DNA of 64,000 bases from NCBI GenBank assembly GCA_016182045.1, contig JACOYE010000009.1, forward strand, positions 1,328-65,327, written 5' to 3'. This stretch comes from Candidatus Microgenomates bacterium (GTDB taxonomy: Bacteria > Patescibacteriota > Microgenomatia > Daviesbacterales > UBA10151). The position numbers and the translations under genes are program-made. This document shows positions 54,078 through 63,390 of this stretch, piece after piece (positions within the stretch are counted from its first letter, which is position 1; each line of letters starts with the position of its first letter). Below the pieces are notes generated by a model, which worked only from the letters and a program-made list of their open reading frames with translations, was not told where the DNA came from and made no database searches.

Positions 54078-55186
54078 TAAGCAGCAACTTCTTCAATTAT
54101 ACCCGCTTCGCCCGCGAAGCGAGGCGAGCCAGTTTCTTCCTCTTTTCCAACAACCATTTCTTTCCCTTCCTTTTGTTTACCCCAGGCTTCCCTTATTTCT
54201 TTTTCCAAATTTAGGGCCTCTTTCTTATTGGCTTTTAAGTAATCTATTGCAGCTTGTCTGCCCTGACCCAACATGATTTCATTCCATTTTATAAAGGCTC
54301 CTGACTTTTGTAGAATTCCAAGCTCCAATCCCACATCCAAAAGTTCTCCTTCGTGAGAAATTCCATTTTCATCCATATCAAATTCGGCAATTCTAAATGG
54401 GGGAGCCACTTTATTTTTGACAACCTTAACTCTGTGTCTTGAACCAACCACTGTGTCTCCCACTTTGATATTTTCAATTTTTCTAATATCTAGTCTAACT
54501 GATGTATAGAATTTTAAAGCTAATCCACCTGGAGTAGTCTCCGGGTTCCCAAACATCACTCCAATTTTTTGTCTTAACTGGTTAGTAAAAATAATAATCG
54601 TATTTGTATTTGATACTGCTCCGGTTAATTTTCTTAAAGCCTGAGACATCAGTCTTGCCTGCATACCCATCACAGCATCTCCCATCTCCCCTTCAAGCTC
54701 TGCCCTAGGCACCAAAGCTGCAACTGAGTCTATTACCAATACATCAATTCCGCCAGATCTGATCAAAGCCTCTGCAATTTCTAAAGCCTGCTCGCCAGTA
54801 TCTGGTTGGGAAATTAAAAGATCATCTAAATTAACACCTATCTTTTGTGCTCTTTGGGGATCCAAAGCATGCTCTGCATCAATAAATGCTGCCACTCCAC
54901 CTCTTTTTTGTGCCTCAGCTATAACATGAAGACAGACTGTGGTTTTTCCGCCTGCCTCTGGGCCAAAAACTTCAATAATCCTGCCTCTTGGCAAACCTCC
55001 AACTCCTAAAGCAAGATCTAAAGCGATAGAACCTGTGGGGATAACTTGGGTAGTCAGTTTCTCTGCTCTTTCACCCAACCGCATAATAGAACCAGTACCA
55101 TATTGCTTTTGGATCTGTTGCATGGCCGCGGCAATTGCAGCTTTACGGGCCTCATCATTGGGTTGTGCCATAATCCTATTATACAA
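54077..55186 (-). CDS. recA: recombinase RecA
   Basis: Walker [10 protein letters not shown] and the L1/L2 loop regions. The C-terminal tail contains a GC-rich element insertion. Confidence 0.9.
   Translation of the reverse strand: MYNRIMAQPNDEARKAAIAAAMQQIQKQYGTGSIMRLGERAEKLTTQVIPTGSIALDLALGVGGLPRGRIIEVFGPEAGGKTTVCLHVIAEAQKRGGVAAFIDAEHALDPQRAQKIGVNLDDLLISQPDTGEQALEIAEALIRSGGIDVLVIDSVAALVPRAELEGEMGDAVMGMQARLMSQALRKLTGAVSNTNTIIIFTNQLRQKIGVMFGNPETTPGGLALKFYTSVRLDIRKIENIKVGDTVVGSRHRVKVVKNKVAPPFRIAEFDMDENGISHEGELLDVGLELGILQKSGAFIKWNEIMLGQGRQAAIDYLKANKKEALNLEKEIREAWGKQKEGKEMVVGKEEETGSPRFAGEAGIIEEVAA
54102..54130. repeat. GC-rich palindromic element in-frame in the recA C-terminal tail
   Basis: cccgcttcgcccgcgaagcgaggcgagcc encodes SPRFAGEAG within the RecA tail. 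Confidence 0.7.
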
Positions 55187-55302
55187 AATTTAAATCCTAC
55201 CACAATACCCCAAAATCTACATGTATTGTTGTATGGATACATCAATCATTGTGTCGTAGGGTAGAGCAGAATATAAAAACCTGGTAAAATAGAAAGCTGT
55301 GA

Positions 55303-55374
55303 CGGAGACTAGTTCATCGGTAGAACGCTCGCATGGGGTGCGAGAAGTACGGGGTTCAATTCCCCGGTCTCCGA
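55303..55374 (+). tRNA. tRNA-Pro (anticodon GGG)
   Basis: Manual fold: acceptor stem CGGAGAC paired with GTCTCCG (the C1-G72 pair typical of bacterial tRNA-Pro), then U8 A9; D-arm GTTC-ATCGGTA-GAAC; anticodon stem CTCGC paired with GCGAG around loop ATGGGGT; T-arm CGGGG-TTCAATT-CCCCG; discriminator A. No CCA is encoded. Confidence 0.8.
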
Positions 55375-55381
55375 CTTTTAT

Positions 55382-56158
55382 ATGAAACTAATCTCATTAA
55401 ATACCTGGGGTGGAAAAGTTTACAAACCACTTATAAAATTTATCCAAGATTACTCAAAAGATACGGATATCTTTTGTTTTCAGGAAGTTTTCTACACTAA
55501 CTCCAATATTAAAGAGGATTTTGGTTTTAGAACCAATTTACTTAATGAAATAAAGAAAATTCTAAAAGATCATATCTGCTTTTTTGCCCCCACCATAGAC
55601 AATTATCTGGTGGGAAGCTTTAAAAAAGAGTTTACAAATTATCATCTATCTTCGGGGTTAGCAATCTTTATTAATAAAAATCTTCAGGTAAAATCAGCTG
55701 GAGATTTTTTTGTTTTTAGACAAAAAAATGATTATGAGTTAGGAAATTACAATACCATGCCCAGAAATATTCAATTTATCAATTTTACTAAAAGCAATAA
55801 AAAATTCACTATTTGTAATGTGCATGGAATTTGGGTAGATAAAGATAAGGGCGATACTCCTTCCAGAATAAAACAATCAGAAATGATACAGAAATTTTTA
55901 GATAACGAGGCGGGAGAGAAAATAGTGTTAGGAGATTTTAATTTAACATTAAATACTGAAAGTATAAGGATTTTAGAAGAAAATTTAAGGAATTTAATCA
56001 AGGAATATAAAATTTTATCTACCAGAAGTAAGTTCTTCCCCGGAGATGAAAGGTATGCTGATTTTACTCTAGTCTCATCAGGGATCAAAGTGATCTATTT
56101 TCAAGTTCCTAATATTGAAGTATCTGATCATCTTCCAATGATACTGGAATTTTTATGA
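55382..56158 (+). CDS. endonuclease/exonuclease/phosphatase (EEP) family protein, paralog 1
   Basis: CFQEV, GDFN and SDH motifs of the EEP fold. Confidence 0.7.
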   Translation: MKLISLNTWGGKVYKPLIKFIQDYSKDTDIFCFQEVFYTNSNIKEDFGFRTNLLNEIKKILKDHICFFAPTIDNYLVGSFKKEFTNYHLSSGLAIFINKNLQVKSAGDFFVFRQKNDYELGNYNTMPRNIQFINFTKSNKKFTICNVHGIWVDKDKGDTPSRIKQSEMIQKFLDNEAGEKIVLGDFNLTLNTESIRILEENLRNLIKEYKILSTRSKFFPGDERYADFTLVSSGIKVIYFQVPNIEVSDHLPMILEFL

Positions 56159-56219
56159 ATGATTGTTCCAATGTTGATGAAATCCATCTGTTTAGGATAG
56201 AATCTACCAATGGAGTGAT

Positions 56220-56849
56220 ATGAAACAGTCCTTGCGAATAATCGATATTTCTTTACCCATCGGCGAGAAAATGGTAATTTTCCCCAACAACCCTCCTGTT
56301 AAATTCAAACCTCTGAGAACACCTACTACCTACATTTCTGAGATCACATTTGGATCTCACACAGGAACTCATATCGATGTTCCCAGGCATATTTCTAAAA
56401 AGGGAATCGGTGTAGACAAAATTAATTTAGATCAACTTATTGGACCCTGTAGGGTTTTAGACATGACCCATTGTAAAGTATCTATCACTACTGATGATTT
56501 TAGAAAAGAAGATATCCAAAAGCAAGAACGAATTTTAGTTAAAACTAATAATTCTCTAAAGGGTTTTAAAAAGTTTTATCCAGATTATATTTATCTTGAT
56601 GGAGATGCGGCAGAATTTTTGGCTTCTAAAAAAATTGTCCTTTTTGGCATTGATTCTTTATCAGTCAAAAAGCAAGGTTCACCTGATACAAGACCACATA
56701 CAGAGCTTTTAAAAAACAATATTGTCATTATAGAAGGCCTAGATTTATCAGAAGTTACTCCGGGCCAATATGATATTTTCTGTCTACCTTTAAAACTAGT
56801 CGGATTTGATGGGGCTCCTGCTAGAACAATTCTTATAAATTCAACATGA
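56220..56849 (+). CDS. cyclase-family protein (kynurenine-formamidase-like)
   Basis: HTGTHIDVPRH metal-binding motif. Confidence 0.7.
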   Translation: MKQSLRIIDISLPIGEKMVIFPNNPPVKFKPLRTPTTYISEITFGSHTGTHIDVPRHISKKGIGVDKINLDQLIGPCRVLDMTHCKVSITTDDFRKEDIQKQERILVKTNNSLKGFKKFYPDYIYLDGDAAEFLASKKIVLFGIDSLSVKKQGSPDTRPHTELLKNNIVIIEGLDLSEVTPGQYDIFCLPLKLVGFDGAPARTILINST

Positions 56850-57631
56850 AGCTTATTTCTTTAAACACCTATGGTGGTAAATATTTTAAACCACTGATCA
56901 ATTTCATTAGACAGTTTGAAAGTGATATTGACATATTTTGTTTTCAAGAAGTTTTCAGTACAACTTCCAACTTCAAACAATTTCCAGAATATAGAGCCAA
57001 TTTACTGGAAGAAATATCGAAAATCTTACCAGAGTTTAATTACTTTTTTAATCCAGTAATGGAAGAATTGGATACCTATGCAAACCCGGTAGATTTCGAT
57101 TTAAAGCATGGCCTGGCAATATTTGTAAAAAAGGATATTTTATTAAAAAATTATCAAACCTTCTTTCTTTATAAAGATAGTGTTGTCAAAATAATTAAAA
57201 AAGATTTTTCAGATATCCCTGTTAATATCCAATTGCTAAGTTTTATAAAAAAAGATACAGAATTTATAGTTTGTAATTTTCATGGTACCGCTTATCCCGG
57301 ATCTAAGTTGGATACTTCTCAAAGAATTGAACAATCACAAAAGATTATGGATCTTCTTAAAGAAAAGGTTGGTGCAAAAATAGTTGTGGGAGATTTTAAC
57401 TTGATGCCCAATACACAAAGTGTCAATATCCTAGAAAAGGATTTGATAAATTTAATCAAGGAATACAATATAGACAAAACCAGATCTAGATTGTCTCCAT
57501 TTTATGGAAAATCTGATTTTCAAAAATTTGCAGATTATACATTTGTCACAAATGATGTTAATGTTGAAAAATTTGAAGTTCCTGAAGTGGAAATCTCTGA
57601 CCACCTACCAATGATTCTTGAATTTTCCTGA
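56846..57631 (+). CDS. EEP family protein, paralog 2
   Basis: Paralogous to 55382-56158, with the same motif set. Overlaps the cyclase stop by 4 nt. Confidence 0.7.
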   Translation: MKLISLNTYGGKYFKPLINFIRQFESDIDIFCFQEVFSTTSNFKQFPEYRANLLEEISKILPEFNYFFNPVMEELDTYANPVDFDLKHGLAIFVKKDILLKNYQTFFLYKDSVVKIIKKDFSDIPVNIQLLSFIKKDTEFIVCNFHGTAYPGSKLDTSQRIEQSQKIMDLLKEKVGAKIVVGDFNLMPNTQSVNILEKDLINLIKEYNIDKTRSRLSPFYGKSDFQKFADYTFVTNDVNVEKFEVPEVEISDHLPMILEFS

Positions 57632-57655
57632 ATAATTAACTATTATTTAACATCT

Positions 57656-58210
57656 ATGGCTGTTGAGTCTACAATGCTCGCTCTGGGAACAAAAGCTCCT
57701 AATTTTAATTTAGTGGATGTAGTATCCAATCAACCGATCTCTCTTGAAACATTTAAAGATAAAAAGGCTTTACTTGTCATGTTTATCTGCAGACACTGCC
57801 CTTATGTTAAACATGTGCAAAATGAGTTAACCAAGCTAGGAAGGGATTACCTGGATAAAAGTATTGGCATTGTTGCAATATCAGCAAATGATCCAGCCGC
57901 ATATCCAGAGGATGCGCCAGAATCTTTAAAAGAACAGGCAGAGGAATTAGGATTTACCTTTCCTTATTGTTTTGACGATACCCAGACTACCGCTAAATCT
58001 TATACAGCAGCATGCACTCCTGATTTCTTTCTATTTGATGAAGATAGAAAACTTGCATACAGAGGTCAACTTGATGACTCACGACCAAACAGTGGCATCC
58101 CGGTCACTGGAAAAGATTTAAGAGATGCCATAGATGCTCTATTAAATAACCAACCTATCAACCCTGATCAAAAACCCAGTATGGGATGCTCTATTAAATG
58201 GAGATCTTGA
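57656..58210 (+). CDS. thioredoxin-fold redoxin (AhpC/TSA-like thiol-disulfide oxidoreductase)
   Basis: Active-site CRHCP within a thioredoxin fold. Confidence 0.6.
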   Translation: MAVESTMLALGTKAPNFNLVDVVSNQPISLETFKDKKALLVMFICRHCPYVKHVQNELTKLGRDYLDKSIGIVAISANDPAAYPEDAPESLKEQAEELGFTFPYCFDDTQTTAKSYTAACTPDFFLFDEDRKLAYRGQLDDSRPNSGIPVTGKDLRDAIDALLNNQPINPDQKPSMGCSIKWRS

Positions 58211-58215
58211 ATTGT

Positions 58216-58240
58216 TCCATTGATTTAAATCATTAGAACA
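58216..58240. promoter_or_regulatory. palindromic operator-like motif, copy 4
   Basis: tccattgatttaaatcattagaaca sits between the redoxin stop codon and the acyP ATG at 58254. Confidence 0.6.
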
Positions 58241-58253
58241 TTTTGTTAATAAA

Positions 58254-58535
58254 ATGCTAAAGCATCTAAATATTAGAGTTTACGGTAGAGTACAAGGCGT
58301 ATTTTTTAGAGTAACTGCAAAGGAAGAAGCAGAAAAACTTGGGATTAAGGGTTTTGCCAAGAATGAACCCGATGGGTCTTTGTATATTGAGGCTGAAGGA
58401 GAAGAGAAAGAGTTGAATAAATTCTTAAGATGGTGTCATGATGGTCCGCAAGCTGCCAAGGTAGATAAGATAGAAATCAGCCAAGGACAGCTTAAAAATT
58501 TTTCGGAATTTGGCAGAGATTTTATTGATTATTAA
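58254..58535 (+). CDS. acyP: acylphosphatase
   Basis: VxGxVQGVxFR signature (VYGRVQGVFFRV). Confidence 0.8.
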   Translation: MLKHLNIRVYGRVQGVFFRVTAKEEAEKLGIKGFAKNEPDGSLYIEAEGEEKELNKFLRWCHDGPQAAKVDKIEISQGQLKNFSEFGRDFIDY

Positions 58536-58539
58536 TATG

Positions 58540-59658
58540 TTAAACAATTCTTTCCCAAGGAAATTCTTCGCGGCCGAAGTGACCATAAATAGCAGTGGGC
58601 AAATAGATTGGTCTTTGCAAATCCAATCCTTCCAAGATACCTTCCACTGATGTATCTAAAATTTTATTCATAAAAGAAATTAAAACTTTATGAGATTTTT
58701 TAGCAGTCCCAAAAGTTTCCACCTCTTGCATAGTTGGTCTTTTTGCTCCAATAAAATATGCAAGTCTTACTTCTGCCTTATCTGCCAATTTATTTGCCAC
58801 CACATTTTTGGCCAAAAACCTGGCAGCATATGCTCCAGATCTATCAACTTTTGTTGGGTCTTTTCCTGAAAAACATCCTCCGCCAACTCTGGCGTATCCA
58901 CCATATGTATCTACTACAATTTTTCTACCTGTCACCCCACAATCAGATGCCGGCCCTCCCCAATGCCAAACACCAGTACCATTAACTATCAAATCCTTTA
59001 TATTTATCTTGAAGCCATACTGATCTAAAACTGGAATTACCACTGTATTATAAAGTTCCTTCTTAACCTGATTTAGGTTGATTGATTCCTCATGTGGTAC
59101 TGCTATCACTACTTGCAAAACCCTTACTGGCTTACCATTTTTATATTCAATGGTAACTTGACTCTTACCATCCGGTCTTAAATAAGGAACCAATTTTTCT
59201 TCTCTAACTTGATCCATTCTTTTTGTTAAACCGTGGGCCAAAGTTATCGGCAGTGGCATAAATTGAGGGGTCTCTCTGCAGGCGAACCCGAACATCATTC
59301 CTTGATCACCGGCACCTTTATCTTTCTTGACACCTACGGCAATTTCTGGCGATTGTTCATGAACATATACTTCAATAGGGGATTTGTCAGAAAAATTATA
59401 CAAAGAATCTGTATATCCTAGTCTTCTTATTTGCTCTTTGGCAATTTTTTTGAAATCTACTTTTGCGTTGGCTGTTACCTCTCCGGCAATAACTACCCTG
59501 TTAAAACCAACCAATGTCTCGCAAGCGACATGACCATATCTGTCTTGGGCCAAAACTGCATCTAAAATAGCATCAGAAATTTGGTCACAAATTTTATCTG
59601 GATGACCGGCACAGACAGATTCAGATGTAAATGTAGTTATACCGTTACTTTTTATCAT
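58540..59658 (-). CDS. metK: S-adenosylmethionine synthase
   Basis: ESVCAGHPDKICDQISD and GGGAFSGKD-like motifs. Confidence 0.9.
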   Translation of the reverse strand: MIKSNGITTFTSESVCAGHPDKICDQISDAILDAVLAQDRYGHVACETLVGFNRVVIAGEVTANAKVDFKKIAKEQIRRLGYTDSLYNFSDKSPIEVYVHEQSPEIAVGVKKDKGAGDQGMMFGFACRETPQFMPLPITLAHGLTKRMDQVREEKLVPYLRPDGKSQVTIEYKNGKPVRVLQVVIAVPHEESINLNQVKKELYNTVVIPVLDQYGFKINIKDLIVNGTGVWHWGGPASDCGVTGRKIVVDTYGGYARVGGGCFSGKDPTKVDRSGAYAARFLAKNVVANKLADKAEVRLAYFIGAKRPTMQEVETFGTAKKSHKVLISFMNKILDTSVEGILEGLDLQRPIYLPTAIYGHFGREEFPWERIV

Positions 59659-59716
59659 AAGAACCTCGCTTCGCGAGAACCTTGCGATAGTTCCGACTTC
59701 GTCGTAATAACTATCT

Positions 59717-59855
59717 AAAAAAACCTCTCATTCGAGAGGCTTAAGTTTCCTCATCCGCCATTAGGCGAGACGGGCACATCTTCCTCTCGGATTGGCACCG
59801 TTTCTTTTCGGTTGCCGTCATGCACCATACGGTACATGAACTCTTGATGCATTAT
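59717..59855 (-). promoter_or_regulatory. SAM-I-clan (S-box-like) riboswitch with terminator, upstream of metK
   Basis: Read on the minus strand: P1 and J1/2 ATCAAGAG; a GCAACC-GAAAAGAAA-CGGTGCCAATCC core matching SAM-I GCAACC...GGUGCCAAUUCC; 3' P1 GGATGAG; then terminator CCTCTC-GAAT-GAGAGG plus T7. P2 is divergent and lacks the GGAGGGA k-turn. Confidence 0.6.
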
Positions 59856-59876
59856 TAGTAAACCATAAATTGTCTA

Positions 59877-61298
59877 CTATTGCAAGGCGTCAGTATTTAC
59901 ACCTTCTTTAAAATCAATTTCCGGATATTTATGTAAAATTTCAGAAAGTGTCTTTTTCAATTTTATATATTCCTCTACATCTTTAGCCTCATATTTTACT
60001 GTTAAGTATGGACCATTTTGAGAAGCACGGATTACTGCCATTAAATCTTCGGTATCAAAACGCACACCATCAATCTCAACATAAGAAGCAGTTGGATAAA
60101 TTGCTTTAATATCTTTGGCAATTCCCTCAGAGACAAGTTTAAACTTGATGCTATCTGGACAACCAACTTTAATCTCCGGGCTACTGTGGTATTTTGGCAA
60201 CTCATCAACGACCTGATCTAAGGACTTGCCCACCCGAGTTAAATATGCCAAAAGCCGCAGTGTCGCATATGCCTCATCATCATGTCCGTAAAAATTATCC
60301 GCAAAAAACATATGACCTGATAATTCCCCTGCAAAAGGAGCTCTTTCTTCTTTTAATTTGGCCTTAATGAATGAGTGGCCAGTTACCCATATTACCGGCT
60401 CTCCACCATGAGCTTCAATCACGTCTCTAGTTTGTTTTGAACAAAGAACATTAAAAACAATTTTTGCACCCGGCATAAAATCTAAAACATCCATGGCAAA
60501 TATTGCTACCAGTGTATCATTCCAAATGAGTCTTCCGGAAGAATCCACTATCCCCATCCGATCCCCATCAGTATCATAAGAAAATCCAATATCTGCCTTT
60601 TCTTTTTTGACTCTTTCAGCCAGTCTTTCTTGAACTTCCCGCTCAGTTGGATCTGCAGTTCCTAGAGGAAAAGTTCCGTCAAGCTCTGTATGCTGCTCAA
60701 TAACTTCACATCCGGCCTCTTGCAAAATTTTTGGTAAAAACATACCCGCAGTTCCATAAATTGTATCTACCACCACTTTAAATTTACCAATTTTCCCGGC
60801 TCTTCTTAAAATATCTTTTTTATATTCCGGAAAAATATCCTTTTTTATTAAAGTGGCTTTTCTATTAAACTTTTTAAACTGTCCATCTTTGGCAATTTCT
60901 TTTAATTTCTGAATTTCCGGGCCAGTCATGGTATCGGAAAAACCAACAGCCATCTTAAGACCATTATATTGAGCTGGATTATGAGAAGCCGTAATCATGG
61001 CTGCTCCTTTAAAACGAAGCGGATATTGAGCAAAATAAACAATCTGGGCCAAAGATAAACCTATATCAACAACATCAACGCCACTATCTAGAAGTCCTTT
61101 AATGAATGCTTTAGTGTATGCTTCAGAAGTAGTTCTATTATCTCTTCCCACAACTACTTCCCAAATTCTTCTTTGGTACAAAAAAGTTGCATAAGCTTTA
61201 CCTAAAAGCTCCATCACTTCTTCATTTAAATCTGTTCCAGAAACTCCGCGCAGATCATAGCCGCGGAATATGTGATCATTAATTGTTGCTTTAGCCAT
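59877..61298 (-). CDS. phosphoglucomutase/phosphomannomutase (alpha-D-phosphohexomutase)
   Basis: Active-site TASHNPAQYNG. Confidence 0.8.
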   Translation of the reverse strand: MAKATINDHIFRGYDLRGVSGTDLNEEVMELLGKAYATFLYQRRIWEVVVGRDNRTTSEAYTKAFIKGLLDSGVDVVDIGLSLAQIVYFAQYPLRFKGAAMITASHNPAQYNGLKMAVGFSDTMTGPEIQKLKEIAKDGQFKKFNRKATLIKKDIFPEYKKDILRRAGKIGKFKVVVDTIYGTAGMFLPKILQEAGCEVIEQHTELDGTFPLGTADPTEREVQERLAERVKKEKADIGFSYDTDGDRMGIVDSSGRLIWNDTLVAIFAMDVLDFMPGAKIVFNVLCSKQTRDVIEAHGGEPVIWVTGHSFIKAKLKEERAPFAGELSGHMFFADNFYGHDDEAYATLRLLAYLTRVGKSLDQVVDELPKYHSSPEIKVGCPDSIKFKLVSEGIAKDIKAIYPTASYVEIDGVRFDTEDLMAVIRASQNGPYLTVKYEAKDVEEYIKLKKTLSEILHKYPEIDFKEGVNTDALQ

Positions 61299-61432
61299 AA
61301 AGGTGTGCTTTTTATACTAACATTTAGAGAAAAAGTGAGCAACTGTTAATTATCCCTTAATCGGAATGGTTTGCTCTAATGATTCGTATCATTTAAATAG
61401 GGTTAAGCGGTGGGGTAATTTTTAACTCGCCG

Positions 61433-62533
61433 TTACCATACCTTCCTAGCTACTTTTGAAACCAATCTCAATTTCTTTTCTTGATCCTTAAATGATAAAT
61501 TATTTCCTCTAGCAACAGATGCAAACCCGCATTGAGTGCTTATTGCCAGTCGTTCTTTTGGTACGAATCGCGCTGCTTCTTCTATCCTTCTTATAATATC
61601 TTTTGGGTTTTCTAATACTGGCGTTTTTGTAGATATGAGACCTAACACCACTATTTTGTCCTCTGGCACATGAGCCAAAGGAGAAAAATCACCAGCTCTA
61701 TCGCTATCAAATTCTAATAATAATCTGTCTACTTTGGCTTTTTTAAATACTATTTTAGCAATTTTCTCATACCCGCCTCTTGCCATGAAACGATTCTTAT
61801 CATTGCCCCTGCATATATGAAGACCTTTTATTCCTGAAAAATCTTCTAATACTTTATTTATCATTTCTACACCATCACTAACTAAAGTATCTGGATTTAA
61901 CCCTTTAGCCTTAAACCATTCTTGTTGAATCGGATCAAGTAGCATCCCAAACTCTGGTGCATCTATTTGTATGTAGGTAACACCAATCCGCTCTAGTTCA
62001 GCCACACCCTCTTTTAATATTCGAGTAACTTCTTTTAAATACTCTAAAGGTGAAGGATAAATTTTGTCAGAAATCCCAGGTACAAAATAATAACTCATCA
62101 TTGTTGGGCTGGGAATAGTGATTTTTTTGGGTTTGTCTGTGATGCTTCTCAAGAATGAGAATTCATCAACAGAGATGTCATGTTTTTTCTGCAATTTTTT
62201 TACTACCCCAACTGTTACCGGATCTATAATTTTATTTCCCTGCATATCAAACCAAATAACTGTATTGCCTTTGATATTCCACTTAAATCCATCAACTGCT
62301 TTCACAAAATTATGGCAAAATACCGGCCTTCGCATTTCTCCATCGGTCAAAACATCAACCCCTACCTTTTCCTGAATACCAACAGCTTCTTTTACTGCTT
62401 TATCTTCAAATCTAACAAATTCTTCATGTGTAATTTTTCCCTCTTTTATTAGAGTTTGAGCTTCTAGTAGAAATTTAGGCCTTAGCATACTCCCAATAAC
62501 TTCTGCCCTAATAATTTTGGGGTTTATTTTCAT
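61433..62533 (-). CDS. metE: cobalamin-independent methionine synthase catalytic-domain-only protein (core MetE-like)
   Basis: 366 aa with full-length similarity to the MetE C-terminal (UroD-like) domain, including the Zn-ligand region. Confidence 0.65.
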   Translation of the reverse strand: MKINPKIIRAEVIGSMLRPKFLLEAQTLIKEGKITHEEFVRFEDKAVKEAVGIQEKVGVDVLTDGEMRRPVFCHNFVKAVDGFKWNIKGNTVIWFDMQGNKIIDPVTVGVVKKLQKKHDISVDEFSFLRSITDKPKKITIPSPTMMSYYFVPGISDKIYPSPLEYLKEVTRILKEGVAELERIGVTYIQIDAPEFGMLLDPIQQEWFKAKGLNPDTLVSDGVEMINKVLEDFSGIKGLHICRGNDKNRFMARGGYEKIAKIVFKKAKVDRLLLEFDSDRAGDFSPLAHVPEDKIVVLGLISTKTPVLENPKDIIRRIEEAARFVPKERLAISTQCGFASVARGNNLSFKDQEKKLRLVSKVARKVW

Positions 62534-63366
62534 AACTCCTCCTTTTGAATAATGACTCTAAGTGAAATAGGACCGTAATCCATTATATGACCCTTAACAA
62601 AATCAGCATCAACTCTTTCCCATTTTTTTTGAGTTAATGTTGGAGGTTCAGCATCAGTAACCAAAAATTTTCTTATGCCTGGTATTGAACACACTACGCT
62701 CCCAAACTCTCCTTTTGAGAAAGCTGCTGTAAATGAAGGAATCAAGAGAGGAACTATTTCTGGTCTAGTAAATTGTAACCTTTCTTCTGATGCTCTGATA
62801 AAATTTGGAGTCGTAGATCTTTGGTAATCAGCAATAACAATATGCCCTAAAGGTACAGTTATACGCAGGAATTCTCTCATAACCATACCTAATCTATCTA
62901 TACTTGCCATCTGATGAGTAGCATTGTGACATATTACAAGATCAAATGAATTATCTGGAACAGGTATACTTTCTACAGGTGATGTAATAACATTAATAGT
63001 TTGTCCATCATTTAAAACTTTTAATGCTTCCTCTTTTGCATGGCTGGTCATTATTTCATCTCCATCATGAAACCAAACGCTTTGTACGCCTAAACCTAAA
63101 AACTCTCTTCCTAATCTTCCAGGTCCACACATAGCATCAAGTATCCGTATTCTTCCAATACTATCTTGACCAAACATCCTTTGGACTTCTAAAGCAAGCA
63201 ACAAATCATCTGCTGACTCTGGGTAATCACACCCCTCTATGTAGGCTCTGGCTTCTCCCTCATCAAATATTTCAGACTTTTCAGGAACTCGGACACTAAA
63301 GTCAAAGCCCCTAAGGCCAAAAGGGTCAGAATCAAATTGTCTTACTTTTAATTCTTCTTGCGTCAT
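62530..63366 (-). CDS. class I SAM-dependent methyltransferase
   Basis: Motif I ILDAMCGPGRLG. Translationally coupled to the core-metE gene by a 4-nt overlap. Confidence 0.6.
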   Translation of the reverse strand: MTQEELKVRQFDSDPFGLRGFDFSVRVPEKSEIFDEGEARAYIEGCDYPESADDLLLALEVQRMFGQDSIGRIRILDAMCGPGRLGREFLGLGVQSVWFHDGDEIMTSHAKEEALKVLNDGQTINVITSPVESIPVPDNSFDLVICHNATHQMASIDRLGMVMREFLRITVPLGHIVIADYQRSTTPNFIRASEERLQFTRPEIVPLLIPSFTAAFSKGEFGSVVCSIPGIRKFLVTDAEPPTLTQKKWERVDADFVKGHIMDYGPISLRVIIQKEEL

Positions 63367-63390
63367 ATTTTCTCCTTTTAGAGCTTTTCA

